A DNA stretch of 64,000 nucleotides from an uncultured Bacteroidales bacterium (GCA_964511665.1 CAZEHA010000008.1:15629-79628); one strand, 5' to 3'; counted from the stretch's first letter, positions 34,005 through 43,227 are shown. Translations and numbers: made by a program. Notes: generated by a model from the letters alone, not told the origin.

Positions 34005-35789
34005 TTGTTTATGAAACTCAACACATCTATTTCGATAAAACTTTCTCTTATAATAGTTTGTTTTGTTTCGCTGGCAATTTTTCTGATAGCTTCTTTTTCT
34101 TACTTCCAAACACGCGAAGCAATTATTGCACGAACATTCGATCAACTGAATTCTGTGAAATGGGAGAAACGCAAGCGTATTGAGAATTACTTCACCGAAC
34201 GTATTAACGAATTAAGATTGTTGGCATCTATAAGCACCGTTACCGAGCTTGAAAAGATGATTTCGAGCTATCCCGATTACTTTGATGTAAGTGTTTTCAA
34301 CAGAAGCGAAATTAAAAGTGATTTCGAAAACTACCTGAATATGCACAGCGATATCAACAAGGTGTTATTTGCTGTAAACAATAATCTGCTGCATATATCG
34401 CTGACAAACGACTCAATTGCTCTTAGTTCTGTCCCCGATGTTCTATCGGAAGAACTGTTCAATATGAACAGCGCCGATACCCTAAACGGATACTTTTTTT
34501 CTGATATTGTATTGCATGGCAACGAAGAGTTTGCAATGTATGTTTTTATACCGGTAGGCTCAGCCAAGCAGCATGCTGCAATTGGGTTCGAAATTGATGC
34601 AAAAGCCATTTCTGACATTATGTTCGAAAATAACCCGTTTAATGGCTTGGGCAAATCGGGTGAAGCTTATTTGGTTGGGAGCGATACACTAATGAGAAGT
34701 CTTTCGAGATTCGAGAAAAAATCGATTCTTATCCGCAGAGCCGGAACCAGTGCGGTTAATGAAGCGCTACAGGGAATTGAAGGTACAGATATACTAAACG
34801 ATTACCGGGGGGTGAAAGTGTTAAGCTCTTATGGCTTAATACAAATCAGCAATGTGAAATGGGCAATATTGGCCGAAATTGATTATAACGAAGCCATTAT
34901 TCCCATTGTCGATTATCGTAACAATATGATTTTTTTAGGAATATTGTCGGCACTGTTGTTCACGGCATTAATTATTTTTACCACACTTTCAATCACCAGG
35001 CCGGTTGTAAAACTAAAAAATGCTGCCATTGAAGTCTCAAAAGGCAACTACAATATGACTATTACGAACGATAGTTACGATGAACTAGGACAATTAACGG
35101 TTGCTTTTAATCAAATGTTGAAAAAAATTGATGAGCAGCAAAAGTTTCTCGAAACTGAAAGAATTACTCGGCTCACAGAAATGATCGACTGGCAGGAAAA
35201 TGAAAGGCAACGATTGTCGAGAGAATTGCACGACAGTTTAGGACAGGTGCTGTTGAGTATAAAAATGCGCATCCAGAGAGCAAAAGGTAAAACCAACAAC
35301 GACGACACTATTATATTTGAAACCAATCAGATGCTTGCTGAAACGGTTCAGGAAGTCCGTAATATTTCTAACGATTTAATGCCTTCGGTGTTGGTGTCGT
35401 ATGGCTTACAAGGATGTTTAAGAAATCTTTGCGATACGCTTTTATCAGCCTCGGGTATTCGTGCCAATCTTGAAACCAATATCGAAAATCTGTTGCCATC
35501 GAAAACCCAAATTTACTTGTACAGAATCATTCAGGAAGCAATCAACAATATCACAAAACACTCGGGTGCAACCCGTGTCGATATCTCACTGTTGAAATCG
35601 GGTTCAGAAATTACACTGGTGATTGTTGACAATGGTATAGGTTTCGATGAACCCAAATCTCAATCAGGCAAAGGTCAGGGGCTTATTAATATCAAAGAAC
35701 GAGCAGCTTTACTGAATGGAACTTGTAAAATTGAATCGGAAATAGGAAAAGGAACAACTATATTTGTAACAATACCTTGTTGTATATGA
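34005..35789 (+). CDS. sensor histidine kinase (two TM segments flanking a ~270 aa extracytoplasmic Cache-like domain, then HAMP, HisKA_3, HATPase)
   Basis: 594 aa. HAMP (RPVVKLKNAAIEVSKGNY...DELGQL..AFN.M), H-box ERQRLSRELHDSLGQ (NarX/DegS type), and G-boxes DNGIGF and GQGL.NI.ERA..L.G. The start lies 2 nt after the OmpA-family stop. Confidence 0.9.
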   Translation: MFMKLNTSISIKLSLIIVCFVSLAIFLIASFSYFQTREAIIARTFDQLNSVKWEKRKRIENYFTERINELRLLASISTVTELEKMISSYPDYFDVSVFNRSEIKSDFENYLNMHSDINKVLFAVNNNLLHISLTNDSIALSSVPDVLSEELFNMNSADTLNGYFFSDIVLHGNEEFAMYVFIPVGSAKQHAAIGFEIDAKAISDIMFENNPFNGLGKSGEAYLVGSDTLMRSLSRFEKKSILIRRAGTSAVNEALQGIEGTDILNDYRGVKVLSSYGLIQISNVKWAILAEIDYNEAIIPIVDYRNNMIFLGILSALLFTALIIFTTLSITRPVVKLKNAAIEVSKGNYNMTITNDSYDELGQLTVAFNQMLKKIDEQQKFLETERITRLTEMIDWQENERQRLSRELHDSLGQVLLSIKMRIQRAKGKTNNDDTIIFETNQMLAETVQEVRNISNDLMPSVLVSYGLQGCLRNLCDTLLSASGIRANLETNIENLLPSKTQIYLYRIIQEAINNITKHSGATRVDISLLKSGSEITLVIVDNGIGFDEPKSQSGKGQGLINIKERAALLNGTCKIESEIGKGTTIFVTIPCCI

Positions 35790-36439
35790 ATACCGCAATA
35801 AAAATATTTTTACTCGACGACCATACCATGTTCAGAGACGGCATTAAAGCTGTGTTGAGCGACGAACCAAACATCGAAATTATTGGAGAATCAGGAAGCG
35901 CATCAGAATTATTCAGGAAACTGAACAATGTACTCCCCGATATTATTATTGCCGATATTTCTTTACCCGATATTACGGGAATCGAAATAACATCGATGTT
36001 GCGTGAACAGTATCCACAAATAAAAGTTATGATGTTATCGATGCATCAAAATGAAGAATATGTGTTGAATGCGTGCAGGGCAGGTGCTATGGGCTACCTT
36101 CCCAAAGATACGGGAAAGGAAGAACTTATATTTGCAATAAATAAAATTGCAAATGGAGATACTTACTACAACTCTGATATGTCGTCGAAAATTATAAAAC
36201 GAATATCGCACAATTCACATGAGGAATCGCTCAATCCATTGCAGGAACTATCGAAGCGCGAAACCGAAATACTAAAGTACTTTGCCGAAGGATTCTCGAA
36301 TCACGAAATTGCAGAGAAACTGTTTATTAGCATTAGAACTGTGGAGTCACACAAAAACCACATCATGCAAAAGCTTATGCTGAAAACACAGGTTGATATG
36401 GTTAAAATAGCAATCAAATACAATTTAGTGAATCTTTAG
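35786..36439 (+). CDS. NarL/FixJ-family response regulator (REC + LuxR-type HTH)
   Basis: IFLLDDH..FR.G........P...IIG...... D..LPD..GIE; the C-terminus LS.RE.EIL...A.G.SN.EIA..LFIS.RTVE.HK..I..KL is a LuxR HTH. ATGA overlap with the kinase stop. Confidence 0.92.
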   Translation: MNTAIKIFLLDDHTMFRDGIKAVLSDEPNIEIIGESGSASELFRKLNNVLPDIIIADISLPDITGIEITSMLREQYPQIKVMMLSMHQNEEYVLNACRAGAMGYLPKDTGKEELIFAINKIANGDTYYNSDMSSKIIKRISHNSHEESLNPLQELSKRETEILKYFAEGFSNHEIAEKLFISIRTVESHKNHIMQKLMLKTQVDMVKIAIKYNLVNL

Positions 36440-36574
36440 GTCAGGAAATTACGCGAATCACTGATTTTAATATTGGTGAAACACCTAATATAATTCCGAA
36501 TTATTCATAACCTCTTCATAACAGGGTAATGCATTTTTGTAGAGATAATTAAATGCATAATAAAATCCTACATT

Positions 36575-37351
36575 ATGAAAAACAAATTTCTTATTTCGTT
36601 GGTGCTGCTATCAGCATTGCTTGCTATTGATGTTAGTTCGAAAGCACAAGAAAGTCCCTTTCATGCAGGCCTCGATATTTGGAGTCGGTATGTTTGGCGT
36701 GGCACCGATTTTGGATCTTCACCCAGTTTACAGCCCTGCATCGAGTATTCAACACATGGTTTTACCATTGGTAGTTGGGGTGCTTACACCACCAGCTTAA
36801 ATGCGCCTGCACAGGAAGCCGATTTGTATCTCTCGTATACTTTTCTGAATGATATGCTTTCTGTGATTGTTACCGATTATTTTTTTCCTACCGATGGTGC
36901 GCTTAACGACTACTTCAATTATAAAAATGCAGAAACAGGGCATTATTTTGAAGCTGGTATTTCCTTCAACGGAACCGAAAACCTTCCGCTAAGTTTCTTC
37001 GCAGGAACTATGGTGTATGGCGCCGATTTAAATCATGCCGGAAACAATCGATATTCAACCTATGTTGAACTAAGCTATAATCCTAATATCAAAGGAACAG
37101 ACTTTTCTGTATTTATGGCTGCAAACCTCACTGCAGCGTCTGATGCCGATTTGAATTACATCGATCCGATAACCAATTTGGCATCTCCTTTCAATGGTTT
37201 TTATGGCAATAAACTCGGTGTAGTTCGCCTTGGAGTAAGTGCTTCTAAAACCATTAATATTACCGACAGTTACGAACTGCCTCTATGTGTGATGCTACAA
37301 ACTAACCCGATGAAGGGCAATATTTTTCTAACAGCAGGTATCAGTTTCTAA
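36575..37351 (+). CDS. putative outer-membrane porin (TorF/Gcw_chp-like) upstream of amt
   Basis: 258 aa with a signal peptide, alternating beta-strand pattern and terminal F (LTAGISF). S.YVWRGTDFG.SPSLQP..EY...GFTIGSWGAY resembles the TorF-family motif. The family assignment is from memory only. Confidence 0.6.
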   Translation: MKNKFLISLVLLSALLAIDVSSKAQESPFHAGLDIWSRYVWRGTDFGSSPSLQPCIEYSTHGFTIGSWGAYTTSLNAPAQEADLYLSYTFLNDMLSVIVTDYFFPTDGALNDYFNYKNAETGHYFEAGISFNGTENLPLSFFAGTMVYGADLNHAGNNRYSTYVELSYNPNIKGTDFSVFMAANLTAASDADLNYIDPITNLASPFNGFYGNKLGVVRLGVSASKTINITDSYELPLCVMLQTNPMKGNIFLTAGISF

Positions 37352-37374
37352 ACCTATTTCAATAATAATAATAA

Positions 37375-37381
37375 AAGGAGG
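37375..37381 (+). promoter_or_regulatory. perfect Shine-Dalgarno core AAGGAGG 8 nt upstream of the amt ATG
   Basis: AAAAGGAGGATACAACTATG. None of the other gene starts I inspected in this window has a comparable SD. Confidence 0.6.
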
Positions 37382-37389
37382 ATACAACT

Positions 37390-38625
37390 ATGATTTTACA
37401 AACAATTTTCGACACAGGTTCAACCACCTTTATGATTCTATGCACCAGTTTGTTGATGCTTATGACTCCCGGTCTCGCGTTTTTCTATGGTGGCTTGGCC
37501 GGTAAGCGCAATATTCTGGGTATCATGATGCAAACATTCGTGTCGCTGGGTATTACCACTGTGATGTGGATTGCTTTTGGGTATTCGTTGTGTTTTAGTG
37601 GAGGTCAGGGAGGTATTATTGGTAATTTTGATCTGGCTTTTCTTAATAACGTCCCGTTCGATCAGGCTCTCGACCCAACATCAGGAAAAAACTACCCAAC
37701 CTTTATTTTTGTCGCATATCAAATGATGTTTGCGATTATTACTCCTGCACTTATTACTGGTGCTTTTGTAAATAGAGTTACTTTTAAATCATATCTTATT
37801 TTTCTGATATTTTGGCAGTTGTTTGTTTATTATCCATTCGTTCATATGGTATGGGGCGGAGGTATCCTTGCCGAATGGGGTGTATTAGATTTTGCCGGCG
37901 GCATTGTGGTGCATTGCACGGCAGGTTTCGCAGCATTGGCATCGGTGTTGTATGTAGGAAAACGACGCGATCGTCAGTCACCACCCAATTCAATACCTTT
38001 GGTGGCCATAGGAACCGGATTGCTTTGGTTCGGATGGTATGGTTTTAACGCAGGTTCCGAACTGGCAGTTGACCATATAACAACACTGGCGTTTCTCAAC
38101 ACCGATACTGCAGCATCGTTTGCAGCCGTTACTTGGCTGGCTATTGAATGGATACATACCGGAAAACCAAAGTTTGTAGGATTGCTTACAGGAGCAGTAG
38201 CAGGTTTGGCTACCATTACACCGGCGGCAGGCTTTGTTCCGCTTTGGGCAGCAATTATTATTGGTATCAGTGCCGGAGCAGTTTGTTATCTCGCAGTATC
38301 GCTCAAAAATCGATTGGGTTGGGATGATGCATTGGATGTTTGGGGAGTTCACGGTATTGGTGGCTTGCTGGGTACCGTTTTATTGGGTGTGTTTGCTATG
38401 AGTGCAATAGGCGGTCAATCGGGGTTAATTGAAGGGGATGTAACATTTTTTGGTAAGGAGTTGGTTGCAATAGCCATTGCGGCAATCTATGCCTTTGTAT
38501 TTACCTACCTCATGCTCACGGTAATTAACCTCATAACAAAGGTTAAGGTTACCGAGCAACAGGAGATTATTGGCCTCGACGAATCGTTACACGGCGAAAA
38601 AGCTTACGACGAAGGAGCATTGTAA
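37390..38625 (+). CDS. amt: ammonium transporter (Amt family)
   Basis: 411 aa, ~11 TM segments. Amt signatures: PGLAFFYGG, D.AGG.VVH...G...L......G.R, LWFGWYGFNAGS, D.....VHG.GG..G. Confidence 0.96.
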   Translation: MILQTIFDTGSTTFMILCTSLLMLMTPGLAFFYGGLAGKRNILGIMMQTFVSLGITTVMWIAFGYSLCFSGGQGGIIGNFDLAFLNNVPFDQALDPTSGKNYPTFIFVAYQMMFAIITPALITGAFVNRVTFKSYLIFLIFWQLFVYYPFVHMVWGGGILAEWGVLDFAGGIVVHCTAGFAALASVLYVGKRRDRQSPPNSIPLVAIGTGLLWFGWYGFNAGSELAVDHITTLAFLNTDTAASFAAVTWLAIEWIHTGKPKFVGLLTGAVAGLATITPAAGFVPLWAAIIIGISAGAVCYLAVSLKNRLGWDDALDVWGVHGIGGLLGTVLLGVFAMSAIGGQSGLIEGDVTFFGKELVAIAIAAIYAFVFTYLMLTVINLITKVKVTEQQEIIGLDESLHGEKAYDEGAL

Positions 38626-38646
38626 TATATTTTAATGTTTGTCATC

Positions 38647-38682
38647 AAGAGGTTGTTTCCTTAGGAGACAACCTCTTTTGTT
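38647..38682 (+). terminator. Rho-independent terminator after amt
   Basis: AAGAGGTTGTTTCC-TTA-GGAGACAACCTCTT (14 bp stem, one mismatch) followed by TTTGTTG. Confidence 0.8.
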
Positions 38683-38830
38683 GTACCAATCTTAATTGTG
38701 CCGCATTAAATCTTAACATGCTTGACCCGTAATTTCATGATTAAGAAAACAAAATTTCTCTCTTTACCGATAGGTTTAAAAATTCATTCAGATAATTTAT
38801 CGAAAACTCATTATATTTGCTACCATATAA

Positions 38831-41158
38831 TTGCTGACATTGAAAACATGTATATCGAAATATGTTGCAAAAGTTGCGATATTGTGCGCTGTGTTCATTC
38901 TATTGTATTCGTGCCATCCGGCAAAGCATGTTCCTGCCGATGAACACTTGCTCGCAAATGTTACAATGAAGTGCGACAACAAGAGTATCGACTCCGACGA
39001 CTTGGCCTCAACCCTGAAGCAAAAACCGAATCGTAAGACCTTGTCGCTGTTTAAATTTCATCTGTTGGCATATAATATCGCAAAAAGTGGAAAAGAACGA
39101 AAATGGAAAAATAAAATTGCCAATGTAGTTGGCGAGCCTCCGGTTGTTTACGACGAATCGTTGCAGAAGCGTACAACGAAAACTATTGAGTATTATCTGA
39201 ATTATAAAGGATATTATCATGCCATTGTTGAAGATACAGTAAAACTAAAACGCCGTAAGGCCAAAGTGTATTTTGATATTACTACAGGGAAACCCCATGT
39301 TGTAAAAAAAATAAATTACGACATTCCCGATGAAAGAGCCCTGGCTATTGTGTTGGCTGATACGGCAAATGGTTTTTTTAGTACTGGCATGAACCTCGAT
39401 CTCGATATAATAGAAGCCGAGCAGTCACGCCTAGTGCGACTGATGAAAAATCATGGGTACTACAGTTTCTCGATAAATAATATTCATTTTTATGCCGATA
39501 CCAATGCGACTCCATATAGTGCCGATTTTACCCTGGCTTTCAGGAAGAGTTTCGACAGCCACAATCAGTTAGCAGCCGAAAATTTTGATACATACAGTAT
39601 CGGAAATGTATTTGTTTTTACCGACTACGACCAAAAGAGATTTCTTCTCGAGCGCGAAGAATATTTGAATACACTCACTAAAGAAGAAATAGAAAACTAT
39701 TGGTTCTATTATCTTAATCATCATACCATTAAGCCGGTTACTCTTATACAGTCGATGTTTCTGAAGAAAGGCGATGAATACAAACTATCAAATGTTGAGC
39801 AAACTCACCGTCACCTGTCAAATTTAAAGCAGTTTAAACTGATAAATATCGACATGGTTCCCGACCCTATCGATTCGTTGGTGCTGAATGCCTACATTTA
39901 TCTTACGCCTTTAGTTAAACAATCGTATAGTGTTGAACTCGAGGGTACAAACTCATCGGGTAATTTGGGCGCAGGTGGCATTGTAACTTACAATAATCGT
40001 AACATATTTCGCGGTGCAGAATCGTTTTCGGTAAAGGCGGCTCTTTCACTGCAAACCCTCGCTCAGGTTGAAGACCTCGACCGAAGGTTGTTAAACACTT
40101 TCGAAACATCGGGTGAAGTGCGACTCGATTTGCCAAAATTGCTGTTGCCGTTTTATCGCAACGACGAGTTTATCAAAAACAAAGGGCCAAAAACCCAGCT
40201 TTCAGTATCTACCAGTTATCAGCAACGCCCCGACTATACCCGGCTTCTATCGAATGCTAGTTTTGGGTATTATTGGAAAAGTGGGCAGAACAATTATGTT
40301 ACACACTTTTTAAACCCAATAGAGTTGTATCAGGTACGAATCTGGGATTTTAATCCCGACTTCATGCGTCAAATCGAAAATTACTTTATTCGCTATAGCT
40401 ATCAAAATCAGTTTATTTCGGTAATTAGCTACGACCTGTTGTTTACCAACCAAAACATTAATAAGGTTAAGAACTTTTCATATGTATGGTGGAATGTTGA
40501 AACAGCAGGAAATTTAATAGAGGGTATTTATGAATTGACAAACCAAACACCGGTTAATGGCTCGTATCAGTTGTTTGGAACCGACTTTTCACAATTTTTA
40601 AAAACCGACCTCGATTTACGGTATTATCAGGTGTTCAGCAAAAGCAATAGTATGGTATATCGTGCCTATTTTGGTATAGGCCTGCCTTATGGTAATAGCC
40701 GTAACAGTGGTTTACCGTTTATTAAAAAGTATTTTATCGGAGGTGCCAACGACATAAGAGCCTGGCAGGTGCGTACTCTTGGCCCCGGTTCACACAACAG
40801 TACATCTACTTTCAATCAGATTGCCGATATGAAGTTGATGTTCAATGCCGAATACCGTTTCGACATCGTTTCATTTCTAAAAGGCGCTGTGTTTATTGAT
40901 GCCGGTAACATTTGGGCTATCGACAAAAACGACGACCGCGAAGGAGCTTTGTTCGAATGGAATAGGTTTTATAAAGAAATTGCTTTGGGCACAGGTTTTG
41001 GAGCTCGCTTCGACTTTTCATTTTTCATAATTCGTTTCGATTTCGGGGTTCCCCTATACGATCCTCATTATCCATTGGGCGAACGATGGTTGGGAACGTT
41101 TAAGGATTTTGAAATAAGAGATTTAACCTTTAATTTCGGGATTGGTTATCCGTTTTAA
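38831..41158 (+). CDS. Omp85 (BamA/TamA)-family outer membrane protein with a lipoprotein-type signal peptide (TamL-like)
   Basis: 775 aa. N-terminus ...VAILCAVFILLYSC (lipobox-like Cys), POTRA-like repeats, and a C-terminal bacterial surface antigen barrel (...YF.GG.N..R.W....LGPG..., ending FNFGIGYPF). There is no in-frame ATG near the 5' end; the ORF starts at TTG 38831. Confidence 0.85.
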   Translation: MLTLKTCISKYVAKVAILCAVFILLYSCHPAKHVPADEHLLANVTMKCDNKSIDSDDLASTLKQKPNRKTLSLFKFHLLAYNIAKSGKERKWKNKIANVVGEPPVVYDESLQKRTTKTIEYYLNYKGYYHAIVEDTVKLKRRKAKVYFDITTGKPHVVKKINYDIPDERALAIVLADTANGFFSTGMNLDLDIIEAEQSRLVRLMKNHGYYSFSINNIHFYADTNATPYSADFTLAFRKSFDSHNQLAAENFDTYSIGNVFVFTDYDQKRFLLEREEYLNTLTKEEIENYWFYYLNHHTIKPVTLIQSMFLKKGDEYKLSNVEQTHRHLSNLKQFKLINIDMVPDPIDSLVLNAYIYLTPLVKQSYSVELEGTNSSGNLGAGGIVTYNNRNIFRGAESFSVKAALSLQTLAQVEDLDRRLLNTFETSGEVRLDLPKLLLPFYRNDEFIKNKGPKTQLSVSTSYQQRPDYTRLLSNASFGYYWKSGQNNYVTHFLNPIELYQVRIWDFNPDFMRQIENYFIRYSYQNQFISVISYDLLFTNQNINKVKNFSYVWWNVETAGNLIEGIYELTNQTPVNGSYQLFGTDFSQFLKTDLDLRYYQVFSKSNSMVYRAYFGIGLPYGNSRNSGLPFIKKYFIGGANDIRAWQVRTLGPGSHNSTSTFNQIADMKLMFNAEYRFDIVSFLKGAVFIDAGNIWAIDKNDDREGALFEWNRFYKEIALGTGFGARFDFSFFIIRFDFGVPLYDPHYPLGERWLGTFKDFEIRDLTFNFGIGYPF

Positions 41159-41170
41159 TGCGGTTTTATC

Positions 41171-41821
41171 ATGGCAAAAGTTTTCATTAATTCAGCGTTT
41201 TTTTACCTGTTGTTCATTTTTAATTGTTTCGCAGCAAATGCGCAATCATCAAGATTCGCCCTGCATTGGGCTCCAATGTCTGTTATCGATTATAATCCTC
41301 GGATAAGAATTGGAGCAGAATATCGGATTCATAGAAACTTTTCGGTTACTGCCGATATGGGCTTTGGGAAAAATCTGGGTTTGATTCGCGAAAGTCGCGA
41401 TTATAAGCTTATCGAAATTCGTCCCGAACTCAAGTACTATTTTACCGAAAATGTTCCTGTGGTCGATGCATATATTTCGGTAGAATCGTTCTACATTCAC
41501 TTAACCGAAAGCAAACGCGATGGTTATTTTTATGCTGATATTCCTGCTTATGTAACTTTTTATGATGAGGCAAAACTTACCAAATATAAATATGGATTTC
41601 ATCTGAAAACCGGATTGAAGTTTATCATCGAAAAGCATTTTTCTATCGATTTATTTGCAGGAATTGGCAAAGCGCGACGCAATATTATCTATTCCGATTT
41701 GGTAAATGGCGAAACCGTCGAGTCGGATATGTGGGAAGAATGGTTTGCAGGTGATAAATATCCGGGTATCAGTAGTTTTATGCACGTGTCGCTGGGTATG
41801 CGATTGGGCTATATATTCTGA
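41171..41821 (+). CDS. small outer-membrane beta-barrel protein (unknown family)
   Basis: 216 aa with a signal peptide (..FNCFAANAQ), amphipathic beta-strand periodicity and a C-terminal beta-signal ending GMRLGYIF. Starts 12 nt after the TamL-like gene. Confidence 0.65.
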   Translation: MAKVFINSAFFYLLFIFNCFAANAQSSRFALHWAPMSVIDYNPRIRIGAEYRIHRNFSVTADMGFGKNLGLIRESRDYKLIEIRPELKYYFTENVPVVDAYISVESFYIHLTESKRDGYFYADIPAYVTFYDEAKLTKYKYGFHLKTGLKFIIEKHFSIDLFAGIGKARRNIIYSDLVNGETVESDMWEEWFAGDKYPGISSFMHVSLGMRLGYIF

Positions 41822-41934
41822 AAATCTCAGACAAAGTATGCAATAGAAAATCTATTACAGCATTGAATCATTTCGAAACCAGACACTTCATTGCTATTGT
41901 CTCTTCAGCAGTACCGGTTAGTTTGCGCAGGGCT

Positions 41935-43101
41935 TTAAGAGCAGCAACAACCGCAACCTCCACCGCCTTTACGGCGATATGCAAATTCGAGAACACTATC
42001 GCTAATATATTGCAGTGTTTCTCGTTGCATTTCGGTGTGAATAGGCAGCGACAACACCGATTTGCACAAATATTCGGTAACCGGGTAATCGTCGGCATAG
42101 CAACTATATCCTCTAAAAGCATCCTGCAAATGGAGTGGAACAGGATAATACACAGCACTGGCAATTCCCTTTTCTTTTAAATGGTTTTGCAATGCATTGC
42201 GGTCGATATTGCGCAGTTTTAAAGTGTATTGATGAAATGTGTGTTTCGAGTAAGAATTACGCGCAGGGGGAATAATATTTTCGTTGCCTGCAAAAGCTGC
42301 CGAGTAGAAGTCGGCAGCCATATTACGGGCTTCGATGTATTGGTCAAGATGCGGTAGTTTTGCCCTCAGCACAGCTGCTTGAATGCTGTCGAGGCGAGAG
42401 TTGACCCCAATGCGCTCATGGTAGTAACGCACACGCATACCATGATTCACAATGCTTTGCATGAGGTAGGCCAGATCATCGTCATTGGTCATCAGGGCTC
42501 CGCCATCGCCATAGCATCCCAGATTTTTAGATGGAAAAAATGAGGTAGTGCCAATTTGACCAATTGTGCCGGCTTTTGCACAGGTACCATTCGAAAAATA
42601 GTAGTCGGAACCCAAAGCCTGGGCAGTGTCTTCAATAACAAACAGATTATGCTCCAATGCAATTTTCATTATTTCTTCCATGTTGGCACATTGACCAAAC
42701 AAATGCACGGGAACAATGGCTTTGGTCTGTGGGGTAATTGCTTTACGCAGTTTATCGATGTCGATATTGAAATAATTCGGTTCAACGTCAACCAACACAG
42801 GGGTAAGCCGTAGCAATGCAATTACTTCTACGGTAGCAATAAATGTGAAGTTGGTGGTGATGACTTCGTCGCCCGGTTTCAAGCCCAAAGCCATCATGGC
42901 AATCTGTAAAGCATCGGTGCCGTTGGCACAGCCAATCACATGCTTCACCCCAAGATACGATGCAAGCTCCTGTTGAAATTGCTTTACAGCAGGGCCTCCA
43001 ATAAACGATGTATTTTCGATAACTTCGCTTATGCCGGCATCAATCTCACCTTTTATTTTCATATACTGACCCTTGAGGTCTACCATAGGGATTTCTTTCA
43101 T
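41935..43101 (-). CDS. DegT/DnrJ/EryC1/StrS-family PLP-dependent sugar aminotransferase
   Basis: 388 aa, ...F..EL..YLG.KH.....NGTDAL..A..AL...PGDEVIT..FTF.AT...I.......PV.VD..; FFPSKNLG..GDGG. Unusual C-terminal GGGGCGCCCS tail. Confidence 0.92.
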   Translation of the reverse strand: MKEIPMVDLKGQYMKIKGEIDAGISEVIENTSFIGGPAVKQFQQELASYLGVKHVIGCANGTDALQIAMMALGLKPGDEVITTNFTFIATVEVIALLRLTPVLVDVEPNYFNIDIDKLRKAITPQTKAIVPVHLFGQCANMEEIMKIALEHNLFVIEDTAQALGSDYYFSNGTCAKAGTIGQIGTTSFFPSKNLGCYGDGGALMTNDDDLAYLMQSIVNHGMRVRYYHERIGVNSRLDSIQAAVLRAKLPHLDQYIEARNMAADFYSAAFAGNENIIPPARNSYSKHTFHQYTLKLRNIDRNALQNHLKEKGIASAVYYPVPLHLQDAFRGYSCYADDYPVTEYLCKSVLSLPIHTEMQRETLQYISDSVLEFAYRRKGGGGCGCCCS

Positions 43102-43227
43102 AATTGTAAAAATTTGAGGCTAAAATACGCTAATTATTTTAATATGATTGGCACTTTTTTCGTAAAACCGGCTCTTTTCTCTCGAAAATGAATTACATTT
43201 GCATTAGGAAATAATTGAGGCGCTACC

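Noticed and set aside
37358-37376. The 19-nt string TCAATAATAATAATAAAAG is shared between the porin-amt spacer (37358-37376) and the end of the T9SS gene (about 45652-45670), a possible dispersed repeat.
   Set aside because: It is a low-complexity (AAT)n plus A-run sequence. One copy is coding and the other intergenic, and there is no flanking similarity. It is most likely chance.
38722-38943. 73 aa ORF upstream of and overlapping the TamL-like gene start.
   Set aside because: It is in a different frame, overlaps the signal-peptide region of the Omp85 gene, and has no motifs. The predicted -7 box lies inside it.
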